This document shows, piece by piece, positions 29,180 to 38,835 of a stretch of 64,000 bases of DNA. This stretch comes from a virus. Every line of letters starts with the position of its first letter. Positions within the stretch are counted from its first letter, which is position 1. The stretch lies in IMG/VR virus record IMGVR_UViG_3300022752_000023, positions 32,001-96,000 of that record. One strand, 5' to 3'. Below the pieces are notes generated by a model that was not told the origin of the DNA, ran no database searches, and saw only the letters and a list, made by a program, of their open reading frames with translations. Both the position numbers and the translations under genes were made by a program.

Positions 29180-31473
29180 TTAGCCCTTTGCGGGTGCCGC
29201 GACGCGACGCGGACGTGACGACGTGACAGCCGGCTTACCGACACGCGTGTAAATACCGCGGTTGTCAGCCGACAGGCAGCGACCCTCAGCCCAGTTCCGC
29301 AGCCGCTCGATCTGCTCAGCCGACGTCACCGAAATCGGCACGACGTTCTGGGCAGCTTCAACGAGCGGAATGTCAAGCAGCGCTGCGAGCCTGCAGCACG
29401 ACTTGATCTCGGCGCCGGTCCAGTTGGTGTCGTCCGGCTTATCCTGTGCGGCGTCGACACCGAAATGCTTCAGGTAGATGTCCCAGATTGCCGCGCGCTG
29501 TTCGGCGCCCGGCAGATCTACAAAGAAAATACCGTCGAAACGCTCGGCGCGAGCAAACGGCGCCGGCAGCTGGCTGGCGTCGTTGCAGGTGCCGATAAAG
29601 AACACGTCCGACGTGTGGTCATTCAGCCACGTCAGGAGCGTACCAAACAGGCGCGCAGAAACGCCGCTGTCGGTCTGCCCGGATGAGCCTACGCCGGCGA
29701 GACCCTTTTCGATTTCCGTTGATGTTACGAATTAGCCGTTTCCGCTAATTCTCCTGTATTTTCATACAGGACCAGACTATGTCATCTTGTAGCGTCGCAC
29801 ATTGCATCGGTTGCACAAACCTTTCGATGCGTGCGGCGAAGTGGTTAGTCCGCAGGAAATGCATGCTTCGTATTGCGTGCTCCAACGGCCATTTTTTAAT
29901 AGTTTTGGTGTGGCGTATTTTGCTGTGCGTGCTGCCTGCAGTTCTGTTTTGTGTTCTAACAAATGACAGCGTCTACAGACAGTTTCAAGATTGTCTAAAG
30001 CGTTGTTAGGGTTTTTATTCCCTCGCCCTAGACGATCTTTGTGGTGCACGACAAGTTTTTTCTTTTTGCCGCAACGAGAACATTGTTGTTCGTCGCGTTT
30101 AATTACGGCTGTTCTTTCGCCGTTAAAATGTCGTTGTTCGCGGTAATTTTTTCGATACTGCAAACAATCGGCGTGGTTGTCGTAATACCATTGTTTTTTG
30201 GTGTTGGCTATGCGTTGACGATTTTTGTCGTCGTTGCGATAGCATTCCAAATAACAGATTTTGCACAGTCCTTTTGCCATATGCAGCCGTTCGGTCAGGC
30301 CGCACGATTGGCAACAGGAATATTTTTTTGACCACATCTCAAAACTCTACTACAAGGCCCCCATTTCGAACCCACTTGGGTCCTACGATCTTTCGATCTA
30401 GTCGTTGAACCTTCCAAGTATATTGCTACTTGGCTTGGCTGCAAGTTGCCCGGCTTACGCTGAGGGGTTTCTTGCAATTAAAGGGCTTTTCACTGATTTG
30501 TCGCCAAATCAGGGGACTGAACTCAATCCACAAACAACACGCACGGAGCCATTGCGTCAACCTGCTTGAGCGCGCGACGCATGTTACCCTCGGACTCGCC
30601 CACGAACTTGCCCATGAGCGAACCGAAATCCAGCATTACGGTCGGACGACCGACTTCGTTGCCAAGTGCTTTGGCAAACTGCGACTTGCCGCAGCCCGGA
30701 GGCGACAGCAAAAGAACGCCCTTGGGGCGCTTGTCTACGTTGGTTTCGCCTTGCCGCCGCATGGCGCGCAGGCAGAAACTCTTAAGGTTTTCGAGGCCGC
30801 CAAGATTCTCAAAGTTGGCGTCGCCACGATAGAGCGTCATCGTACCGCTCTTTTCAAGCGTCTGCGCCTTGATACCCCAGATCGTATCGGGCGACAGCTT
30901 GTTGTTGCGCACCAGCGACAGCGCGAACGCGTTCTCGGCCTCCTGCCGAGTCAGGCCGCGCGAGGCGTCAACCACCGCCGCGACTTCCTGCTCGGTCGGC
31001 TTGGCGAACGGGGAGCCGTCAGGGAACAGCTCGGTGCACACGGTCTTGAGCTGTTCCAGATCCGGCAGCTCGTGATGCACCACGGTAAACAACTTCTCTA
31101 CCTCGGGCTGCAGCTGCAGCACCGGCGCGACGATAATGATATGTTTACCCTCGCCCTTACCCTGCACGACGCGGTTTGCAAGTGCCTGCAGCACCTCCGG
31201 GTTGCCGAGAAACCGGTGAAAGTTCTTCAGCACAATAAGCATGGGCTGCTTGGGCTGCGGCTGATCAAGAAACCGCAACGCCTGTAGCGGGCCGGGAGCC
31301 TGCGCGTTCCCCGAATAAAGCTGGCGGTCGATGTCCCAGACATCGAATCCCCATTCCTTCTCTTCCGTTACACGACGAACCGACGCAATCGCGTCGTCGC
31401 ACTCCTGTGATTCAACCCAGATGCCGGAGAAGCCGGCGCATACCAGCTCCTTGATTTCTTTTTCGAGCGACAC
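29180..31473 (-). CDS. Ycf46-like AAA ATPase, spliced (exon 1 31473-30526, exon 2 29716-29180; about 494 aa)
   Basis: Exon 1 has Walker A SPPGCGKS and ends CVLFVD. Exon 2 begins EIEKGL and contains sensor 1 GTCN and the Arg finger RAERFD. Joining them restores Walker B LFVDEIEK in frame. Confidence 0.9.
29717..30525 (-). mobile_element. Group I intron (809 nt) with internal HNH ORF
   Basis: The 5' exon ends in U, and P1 forms GGAU/GUCC with a U.G pair. Core elements are P AATTGCAAGAAA, Q AACTTGCAGC, R GTTCAACGACTA and S AAGATGACATAGTCT. There are P9 hairpins and a terminal G before GAA ATC. Confidence 0.92.
29777..30337 (-). CDS. Intron-encoded HNH homing endonuclease with duplicated flanking zinc-finger modules
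   Basis: CSRCG...LVVHHKD...NNALDNLETVCRRCH. The pattern WSxxYxxCxxCGLTxxxHxxKGLCxxC occurs at both termini, and the stop codon lies within the S element. Confidence 0.9.
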   Translation of the reverse strand: MWSKKYSCCQSCGLTERLHMAKGLCKICYLECYRNDDKNRQRIANTKKQWYYDNHADCLQYRKNYREQRHFNGERTAVIKRDEQQCSRCGKKKKLVVHHKDRLGRGNKNPNNALDNLETVCRRCHLLEHKTELQAARTAKYATPKLLKNGRWSTQYEACISCGLTTSPHASKGLCNRCNVRRYKMT

Positions 31474-31514
31474 TTGTTGCCTTTGATGTTGTTTTGTGTG
31501 TGGGCCAGTTATTG

Positions 31515-31706
31515 TCAGTTACTTTCAGCGATTTGCTCGTCGTTGCTGGCGGTATAGAACTCGCCAGTCAGTTGCTCATCCACCTTTGCGCCTAGCGCCT
31601 GTTCCAGCGCCCGCGTGGCATCCTGACACGAACTGCCGGTGAAACCGCTCGTCTCGATCTTGGTGCCGCCCTTCGGGTCGACAACGATATGAATGGTCTT
31701 CGACAT
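31515..31706 (-). CDS. DUF2997-like protein
   Basis: MSKTIHIVVDPKG...IETSGFTGSSCQDATRALEQALG......TGEFY. Confidence 0.85.
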   Translation of the reverse strand: MSKTIHIVVDPKGGTKIETSGFTGSSCQDATRALEQALGAKVDEQLTGEFYTASNDEQIAESN

Positions 31707-31708
31707 GT

Positions 31709-32074
31709 TTAGAAACCTCCCGTCAGGCTGAGTTTGACCGAACCGTCCGGCAGCATTTCCTCGAACACCGAGTAGCCGCCCTTCTGCGCTTCGTAGATCG
31801 CCTTCTCGACCGCGTACGCCTGCAGGAACCTGTCCAGCTCTTCCTGCTTGCCCCACGCGCCGTTGTAGTTGTCATAGTTCGCGGCGCCGGTTTCCGTATT
31901 GAACACAGCCGGGAACTGCCAGCCGGGAAGCTTTACAGCGAGACCGTCCGCCGACTGCCCGGCGAAAAGAACGTGATGACCGGCCTTCGGCGTCTCAAGG
32001 CCGAGACGCTTGCAGGCCGCCTCGACGGCAGCCGCGTCTTTTACTTCCGTCTTGATCTGAACGATATGAGACAT
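31709..32074 (-). CDS. DUF1257 (Ycf35-like) protein
   Basis: MSHIVQIKTEVKD...ACKRLG...FLQAYAVEKA...GY...E...DGSVKL. Confidence 0.8.
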   Translation of the reverse strand: MSHIVQIKTEVKDAAAVEAACKRLGLETPKAGHHVLFAGQSADGLAVKLPGWQFPAVFNTETGAANYDNYNGAWGKQEELDRFLQAYAVEKAIYEAQKGGYSVFEEMLPDGSVKLSLTGGF

Positions 32075-32075
32075 G

Positions 32076-32396
32076 TTAGCCTCGATGATCCTTTTCTTTT
32101 AGGTAGTGTTGAAGTGCGCACACAATTGTGCTTTCAAATATCTCGGGCGTTATGTAGTCAGTGCCCGCAAAATACGCTAATACTGCGACCGCAGCGTCGC
32201 GGTCATATATCGATTTAAAAACGCGCGGACCGTGTGGCGTGTCTAGCCGATACTCTGCGATGTCGTGTAGTGTGACGACTTCGGGTATAGCTATTACTTC
32301 GCTATATTTACGGCGTAACTCGTTTAATTCATCGAGCGCCGACAGGATCCGTTCGCGATCTTCGTCAAAACTGTTCTCGTCGGTATACGGCGTCAT
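32076..32396 (-). CDS. Hypothetical protein
   Basis: 106-aa coupled ORF. Confidence 0.6.
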   Translation of the reverse strand: MTPYTDENSFDEDRERILSALDELNELRRKYSEVIAIPEVVTLHDIAEYRLDTPHGPRVFKSIYDRDAAVAVLAYFAGTDYITPEIFESTIVCALQHYLKEKDHRG

Positions 32397-32701
32397 CGAT
32401 ACGCCACAACCTCAGCGCGCGTTTCTACCCAGACATGCGCGCCGCAAGCAAGCGGCGCGTCGGGCGAGTAGACCACGCGAGAGTCGCCGCGCACATCTAC
32501 GTTTGCTGCGGCATACGTTTTGTTGCGCCACTTTATTGTCAGCGGCGGAACACGTACGTTTTGCTTTTTATTGTCGCGAATAATGTGCTGGTTAACGTGA
32601 ATACGTTTGATCGTACCAGCCGTCATCGTCATTTCATCGGCGTCGCCCGGAAAACGCAGCGGAATACGGGGCTCAAGTAGGCAGACGTCTTCTGTCGCCA
32701 T
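32393..32701 (-). CDS. Conserved small phage protein
   Basis: IKRIHVNQHII..N...PPLTIK...SRVVYSPDAPLACGAHVWVET. The true start may be near 32632. Confidence 0.75.
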   Translation of the reverse strand: MATEDVCLLEPRIPLRFPGDADEMTMTAGTIKRIHVNQHIIRDNKKQNVRVPPLTIKWRNKTYAAANVDVRGDSRVVYSPDAPLACGAHVWVETRAEVVAYR

Positions 32702-32765
32702 TGATAAAGATATTTATCCGCGTCGGTGCGGTCTTCCATGACCACCACCGGACGCAGAAAATTTA

Positions 32766-33644
32766 CTACGACATCATGGAGCGTAGCTGCTTGTGCTCCG
32801 CCAAGATTTCTCCGGCGGTGTCGTAGCAACCATCGCACGCCGCCAGAAACGCCGTGGCGGCCTTTAGCTGATCCATCGGCAGCGTCGCGGAGCCAGACGG
32901 CCCCTTGGCTACCGGGCGCTTCGGCGCAACCTTGGCGGGCTCCGTCTTCGCGTGCTTTCGGCGCGCCGCGTCGCGGCTACGCTCCTCGCCGGCTGCGACA
33001 GCAACCGCCGGGCCGCGCCTCCCAGAAGCAACGCCCGCTTTCTTCAACAGCTGGCTCACCTGCGCCGGGCTCACCGTCACGCGCTTCTTAGCAAGCGCCG
33101 CTACGATGTCCACGCCACGCAGCGAATCACCAGACTCTTGCCGACGTTCGATCTCCTCGCGGATGTGATCGGCGCCGCTCTTCTTCTCGGCCATGTCCTT
33201 CACCTTCCTTTTTGTGGTCCTCGTCGCCTTTGGCGATTCGACCGGGTCATCGTCTTCGTCGACCTCCACAGTGGAGTCGACAGTGTCGTCAGAAACCTCG
33301 TCGCCTTCTTCGGGCTCATATTCAGTTTCATCGTCGTCAGCATCCGCAATTTCGTCTTCGGGCAGTTTTGCTGCCGTCTCGCGGATGTCTTCACTACCTT
33401 CGTCTTCGTATTCGGTCTCTGCTTCAGCGTACGCATCGTCGTCATCAACCGAATCCTCTTCAAGCTCGGCGTCGACGTACGCGTCGACTTCCTCGTCGTC
33501 ATAGTCTTCTGGCGTTGCGAACCGCATCCGTGTGGTTCCTTTCTCCTTCTTCTTCTCTTTCTCTGCAGATGCCTTGCTGGTTGCGCCCGGCAGTGGTTTT
33601 CCCCACAGATTAGCCGGACTCACAAACTCTTCAGCCTTGGCCAT
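32766..33644 (-). CDS. Protein with a long acidic tract and a C-terminal planctomycete-type basic DNA-binding-like domain
   Basis: About 95 residues of D/E-rich sequence, then KSGADHIREE...DIVAALAKKRVTVSPAQVSQLLKK...QLKAATAF. Confidence 0.65.
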   Translation of the reverse strand: MAKAEEFVSPANLWGKPLPGATSKASAEKEKKKEKGTTRMRFATPEDYDDEEVDAYVDAELEEDSVDDDDAYAEAETEYEDEGSEDIRETAAKLPEDEIADADDDETEYEPEEGDEVSDDTVDSTVEVDEDDDPVESPKATRTTKRKVKDMAEKKSGADHIREEIERRQESGDSLRGVDIVAALAKKRVTVSPAQVSQLLKKAGVASGRRGPAVAVAAGEERSRDAARRKHAKTEPAKVAPKRPVAKGPSGSATLPMDQLKAATAFLAACDGCYDTAGEILAEHKQLRSMMS

Positions 33645-33732
33645 AGCGTCCTCTCCTAAAGCGCCGCCAGTCGAAACACTTCGACACTGTGTGCGGCTAA
33701 ATGAAAAATACACGGCCGAAAACAAAAAGCAA

Positions 33733-34152
33733 CTAGCGTGACTTTTTTCGGCGGCGCGGTTTCTTTTTGACCGCGAGTTTCGGCTGGGTTTTAGCGCCAA
33801 TGTTGTATTTTGGCGGGACGACGCAATTCTGCTCTCGCAGTGTTCCGTCATTTAAGTGAGGCCACTTTTCAAGCGAGTGGATCGCGCCGATTAGATTCCA
33901 CGTAGCGTGTCCAAGATGATCTTCGGATCGGTCTCCGCCCAAGAAGTTGTAGATGTGCGCGATGGCGTGGTTTAGTAGGTCCGCCACCGGCATTCCGTTT
34001 TCCCAGTTATACGGGCCGAACTTTTCTGCGCCTTCATTATAGGTTTGCGCGAGTGCTCGCAAACCTATTGGCGATATCAAGTCGTAGCGCACCGCGTCAC
34101 AATCTGCACTGCGTACGGCGCCTGTGGTGTACTCGTGGCGTTCGTTGCTCAT
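33733..34152 (-). CDS. dATP/dGTP diphosphohydrolase (DUF5664-like)
   Basis: TGAVRS...RYDLISP...GAEKFGPYNWENGM...NHAIAH...EDHLGHATWN. Confidence 0.85.
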   Translation of the reverse strand: MSNERHEYTTGAVRSADCDAVRYDLISPIGLRALAQTYNEGAEKFGPYNWENGMPVADLLNHAIAHIYNFLGGDRSEDHLGHATWNLIGAIHSLEKWPHLNDGTLREQNCVVPPKYNIGAKTQPKLAVKKKPRRRKKSR

Positions 34153-34460
34153 TCGAGAAAACCTTCTGGGCGAAAAGCAAAATAGAAGCGCGGATCGTCG
34201 TTGAACGCAACTGTGCCGCGTACGCCGTCCACCTTGCGAATTACGTGCACATACGGCGAGTCGAAGTGCGACACCTCGAACATGTCTAGCAGTTGCCCGC
34301 TATCCCAGACTTGTTCGCCGTATTGCGTTTGCAGTACTGTGCGAATTTCATCTGGTCCGCGAAGGGCAATTTGGTCTTTGATAACATTGCGCAGCATTAC
34401 GTGCCCAATGTCCAGCGGGATTTGCGCTGCCAGTTCTTTAGCTTTGGGTGGTGTCGGCAT
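34149..34460 (-). CDS. Small conserved protein
   Basis: VWDS..L...FEV..F.SPYV.V.RK.DG.RG...F...PRFYF. Confidence 0.65.
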   Translation of the reverse strand: MPTPPKAKELAAQIPLDIGHVMLRNVIKDQIALRGPDEIRTVLQTQYGEQVWDSGQLLDMFEVSHFDSPYVHVIRKVDGVRGTVAFNDDPRFYFAFRPEGFLE

Positions 34461-34836
34461 TTGGTTGTACAAGCTTGTCCAGTTCTTCTTTCTGTTGTTT
34501 GATTTGCTCTGCGACATGCGCCGCGTACTGGTCAAGCATCCTAAGCTGGCCGACAAGATCTTTGTGCACGTCGACGCTGAATAGCGCGAGTCGTCGTAGC
34601 AGCATGAGTAAGCTGGCGGTAAACGGCGGCTCTTTGCTGCGCAGACTCAGAAGACCAGGCGGTGCGTTTTCTGGTTGCGATGTCCACAAAGGTACGAGGG
34701 CAAGACCGTGCAGTTCTGGCACGGCAGCCATGACTTCGTTGCAAAATTCTTCTCCGCGCCGCATAAACTCTACGTCGAACGGTAAACGGTCAGATTGAAT
34801 TTCAGGGTGCTGTTCAGGTTGCTGCGGCGTATCCAT
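34438..34836 (-). CDS. Hypothetical protein with C-terminal coiled coil
   Basis: 132-aa ORF with an AAGGA Shine-Dalgarno. Confidence 0.65.
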   Translation of the reverse strand: MDTPQQPEQHPEIQSDRLPFDVEFMRRGEEFCNEVMAAVPELHGLALVPLWTSQPENAPPGLLSLRSKEPPFTASLLMLLRRLALFSVDVHKDLVGQLRMLDQYAAHVAEQIKQQKEELDKLVQPNADTTQS

Positions 34837-34849
34837 TAAACATCCTTTG

Positions 34850-35197
34850 TTATTGCGTGTAGCGCGATTCTTTTGGGAGCATGCCGTCGATTACGTTACC
34901 GAGGCGTGTCGCGGCGAGACTGTACACCACTACGCGAATGGCAGTCTCGACCATACCGCCAATTCCCGTTCCTGCCAATAGCAGCAAAAACAGGTAAAAT
35001 GGCGCGTGATATGACTTGCAAAACGGGCAATTGATCAGCTCTAAAAGCTTTCCCTTTGCCGTGTTGTAGGGTGTCACATCTTGGAGCGCTTGCGCGTACG
35101 CTCGCGCCGTTTCAAACAGCGACCCCTTATGCCACACTTCGATGATTGCCCCGGCGGCGAGTGTGACAGCCAAAAAGTCTAAAGCAGTTATTGTCAT
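34850..35197 (-). CDS. DUF1360-like membrane protein
   Basis: Hydrophobic helices plus ELINCPFCKSYH. Confidence 0.6.
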   Translation of the reverse strand: MTITALDFLAVTLAAGAIIEVWHKGSLFETARAYAQALQDVTPYNTAKGKLLELINCPFCKSYHAPFYLFLLLLAGTGIGGMVETAIRVVVYSLAATRLGNVIDGMLPKESRYTQ

Positions 35198-35821
35198 CGC
35201 CTTTTACGCTTGGGTTGATCTGCGGTGTAGCCGTTCATAAAACAAGCGCCACTATAGATCGCGCCGGCAGCCATGAGTAGGCCAGCGATACCGACCTGCG
35301 ACATTGCACAGATGCCAGCAAAAAGCATAAGCGCAGTGTAACTAGAGAAAGTTGCGTGAGGATCTGGTTGCGACATTATGGTGCCTGACTGTCGCCGTGC
35401 GGCCACACCTGCGTACGGGTTGTGTCCGGCGCGGCTGGGTTGAATTGATAGTAGGGTAGCGGCAACGGCGCCTCAAGTTTAAGATGGTTCACGGCGTTAT
35501 CCGGCAGGTAAATCTGCGGACCGGGTCCGCGTCTGGTACCTTCCGTATAAATTTGTTTGCGTTCTTGGTACAGCTTTGCAGAGCGTCCGACGTTAGCCAT
35601 ATAACCTCCAATGAGTACGCGCCCGGGTCACCGTTTAGTATACCCGGACGCGCACCAATCACTTGCGAGTCGTTTCTTTGGCTGCTGCGGCCGCGACCTG
35701 ACACATGTAACCTATTACATTTGCCAGCCCGAAAAGACCGTAGACGAAAACATGCCCCGTGTACTTGAGGCTGTCTTCGACCCATTGAAACTCTGACTCG
35801 CTACCGCTGTTATTGTGGTTC

Positions 35822-37738
35822 ATGGATAAACCTGATCAAACAATTACTGAAGCAATTGACATGCCTTCCACGGGCGTGCAATCGCTTCTACAAGAATTAA
35901 TCTCAATCGATGTGACGGATGTGCAATCTGTTCACGCGCGAGCAGCTGTTTTGCAGCAGCTCGCGGGGCAGCACGCTTTCCCGTCACTCGAACCAATTTT
36001 GCCGTTGGTGTTGAACCTAAATGGACGGCCGTACAGTATTCAACACCATTTTCCTTTTTCCCCACTTTTCCGTTTACTCACACCAAAAAATCAGGTGTGG
36101 TGTACGGGGCGGCAGGTATCAAAATCGACCAGCCTAGCAGCGCACGGAGTTGTGGTGGCCAACTCTATTCCGTTTTTCAAAACGTTATTTATTACACCGC
36201 TGTACGAACAGATACGACGGTTTTCAAATAACTATGTGCGTCCGTTTATCGACCAGTCGCCAGTGAAATCACAGTGGTCCGGCACATCAACTGAGAACTC
36301 GGTGCTGCAAAGATCGTTTAAGAACAACTCGATGATGTTGTTCAGCTTTGCGCTTTTAGATGCGGATAGAGTTCGTGGTGTGTCTGCAGATCGAGTGTGC
36401 ATCGACGAGGTGCAGGATATGGATCCTGACCACGTTCCGATTATTCAAGAAACCATGTCGTATTCACGATGGGCGACTAGTTATTACACGGGCACGCCGA
36501 AGACGCTAGATAACTTAATTTACGGCTTGTATAAACGATCATCACAGGCCGAATGGTTTATACCGTGTCATTCTTGCAAGCATTGGAACATCCCTGCGCT
36601 TGAATATGACCTCGATAAAATGATCGGCCCGTACAGTATTCATATCAGCGAGAAGTATCCGGGCACCGTTTGCGCTAAATGTCAAAAGCCGGTCAGTCCA
36701 AGACATGGCCGGTGGGTGCATAGATATCCCGAGCGCCGCTGGCAGTTTTCCGGGTATCACGTACCACAGATGATACTACCGCTTCATTTCTCCGACCCTG
36801 AAAAGTGGTCAACTCTATTGTTGAAGAGGGAAGGCTTCGGGAATATGACCCAAGCCCAGTTCTACAACGAAGTAATGGGAGAAAGCGTTGATACCGGACA
36901 GAAGCTCATCAGCGAAACTGATTTGAAGGCTGCGTGCGTGCTAGACTGGGAAAACAAGAAAGATCCAGACCCTAAATGCTTTGCAAATCTTTCGCAATAC
37001 AAACACCGCATTCTTGCGATCGACTGGGGCGGCGGCGGAGAAGCAGGTATTAGTTTCACCGTGCTTGCTGTGCTGGGGTTCCGCCCGGACGGGACTATCG
37101 ACACGCTGTGGGCTAAGCGCCTGCTCATTGGCGGCGATCATTTAGCCGAAGCTGTTGAATGTATGCGCTGGTCTAACTTGTTTAATTGCGATTTTGTCGC
37201 TCATGATTACACCGGAGCCGGCACGGTCCGCGAAACAGTCATGGTGCAGGCTGGGTTTAACTTAGAGCGAGTCATGGCGATGCGGCTTGTTCGCTCCGCA
37301 TCCCAAGATTTGATGGTTTTCAAACCGCCGACAGAGATCAATCATCGGGCGCACTATAGCCTCGACAAAACGCGGTCGTTGCTGTACACGTGTCAGGCGA
37401 TCAAGCTGAAGCAAGTCAGATTCTTCCAGTATGACTGGTCGTCGCAGGATTCGCCGGGCTTGGTGTCGGACTTTCTTGCGCTGGTTGAAAATAAAGCCGA
37501 GTCTAGACTAGGCGGCGATATTTATACCATTACAAGGAACACGTTGTTGACTGACGACTTCGCGCAAGCTGTTAACCTAGGCTGCGCCGCTCTTTGGCAC
37601 GTGAATGACGCGTGGCCCAATTTCGCGGAGATCGCCGGCGTAGCGCGGTTAAGCGAGCGTACTGTCAGGGCCGAGACGCCCGTTGATGACGACTGGGCGG
37701 ATGATCCCATCGGGCGAAGCTACTTTGGCGGATACTAG
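35822..37738 (+). CDS. terL: Terminase large subunit (lambda gpA-like)
   Basis: Walker A GRQVSKST, Walker B CIDEVQD, coupling motif GTP, Zn motifs PCHSC...CAKCQ, FYNEVMG, and nuclease motifs AIDWGGG and DDFAQA. Confidence 0.9.
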   Translation: MDKPDQTITEAIDMPSTGVQSLLQELISIDVTDVQSVHARAAVLQQLAGQHAFPSLEPILPLVLNLNGRPYSIQHHFPFSPLFRLLTPKNQVWCTGRQVSKSTSLAAHGVVVANSIPFFKTLFITPLYEQIRRFSNNYVRPFIDQSPVKSQWSGTSTENSVLQRSFKNNSMMLFSFALLDADRVRGVSADRVCIDEVQDMDPDHVPIIQETMSYSRWATSYYTGTPKTLDNLIYGLYKRSSQAEWFIPCHSCKHWNIPALEYDLDKMIGPYSIHISEKYPGTVCAKCQKPVSPRHGRWVHRYPERRWQFSGYHVPQMILPLHFSDPEKWSTLLLKREGFGNMTQAQFYNEVMGESVDTGQKLISETDLKAACVLDWENKKDPDPKCFANLSQYKHRILAIDWGGGGEAGISFTVLAVLGFRPDGTIDTLWAKRLLIGGDHLAEAVECMRWSNLFNCDFVAHDYTGAGTVRETVMVQAGFNLERVMAMRLVRSASQDLMVFKPPTEINHRAHYSLDKTRSLLYTCQAIKLKQVRFFQYDWSSQDSPGLVSDFLALVENKAESRLGGDIYTITRNTLLTDDFAQAVNLGCAALWHVNDAWPNFAEIAGVARLSERTVRAETPVDDDWADDPIGRSYFGGY

Positions 37739-38819
37739 AAAATCCGCCAGCAATAGTCTTCGATAAATTTTTTCATCGGGCGGTAGTCGCGCATCTTTGC
37801 GTTTTCAATAATGTCGATGACTTCTCGTGCGACGTCGGCTAACGCCGCGGCCGCTTCAGTGCAGTCCATCGACGAGTCGTACAGTTCCCAGCCAGCGCCC
37901 GATCGAGGTATGGCTGGTTCTTTACCTTCAAACGCGTCGACGAGTAGGCGCTGAAATACGCCGTCTGGTTCCGTATCTAACGCGCCAAACTTGCGATATT
38001 TTGTTTGAGTGTGCTCAAACCTACGAATCGCTGCCTGAAGTTTCTCCACCGTCAGCGTCATTGGAGTCGTTAATAGAGTTGACAAGCTCCATTCCCTTTT
38101 CGGTTATTGAGAAGTTGAAATCGTTTTTCTCGCAGTCGTATTCGGCGTCGAGAAAACCGCGCTGCACACCGACGCGCATGATGTTCGAGATTACGCGCGC
38201 ACCGAGCGCACGAAACAGCCGCAGCATTTTTGTTTTGTACTCTTCAAACGAGTTGGCGCCGATACCGTACGCTCCGTCGGCTTGTACGTCCGACAGCTCG
38301 CGCACGATTTGTTCGACCTCCCAGACTTCCAAAAACTGCCGCTGATATTCAAGCGAGCATTCACTTTCAGTCGGCTCTTCGTTTTGCAGCTTGGCGATGA
38401 GGCCGGCGAACATGATTAGCACGTGATCGCGCAGATCTTCAATCGACCCGCAAATACGGCGTGCGGGCTGCTCTTCGTCTTCGTAGTCTTCGAACATAGT
38501 TACCTCAAGCCGTTTCTGCGGCAAGGCGGGCGGTGGCGAGCGCTGCGTCGTAATTACCGCGCGCAATCATACGCGCGTGCGCGGCGTCGCGGCACTGCCC
38601 GAGATAATCAGAGTAGTCTGCGTCGGTGTTGACGAGCGCTTCCGCAGAGCTGAAGCTGTGCGGTTTGCCGGTCAGCGGGTTGTCGCCGCTCTTCATGATC
38701 CGCTCAACCGCGGCCATCTTGACGGAGATGCGGTTATCTTCAAGCTCCGACTCGCGGCGCACGGCGTCGGCGAGGGCGACAGCGGCGGCGGTAATGTTAT
38801 CAGCAAAGTTCTTAGCCAT
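37735..38819 (-). CDS. Three small hypothetical genes (37735-38085, 38021-38497, 38505-38819)
   Basis: Collinear ORFs with Shine-Dalgarno sites, converging on terL. Confidence 0.65.
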
Positions 38820-38835
38820 GTTAATTCCTTACGTG

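Noticed and set aside
30523-30525. Stop-codon readthrough or alternative genetic code at LFVD-TGA
   Set aside because: The intron explains it. Other genes terminate normally at TGA, TAG and TAA, and no suppressor tRNA was seen.
32905-33659. Ser-rich and Thr-rich overlapping ORFs, also at 41217-41495
   Set aside because: These are shadows of GAC/GAA-rich acidic coding sequence.
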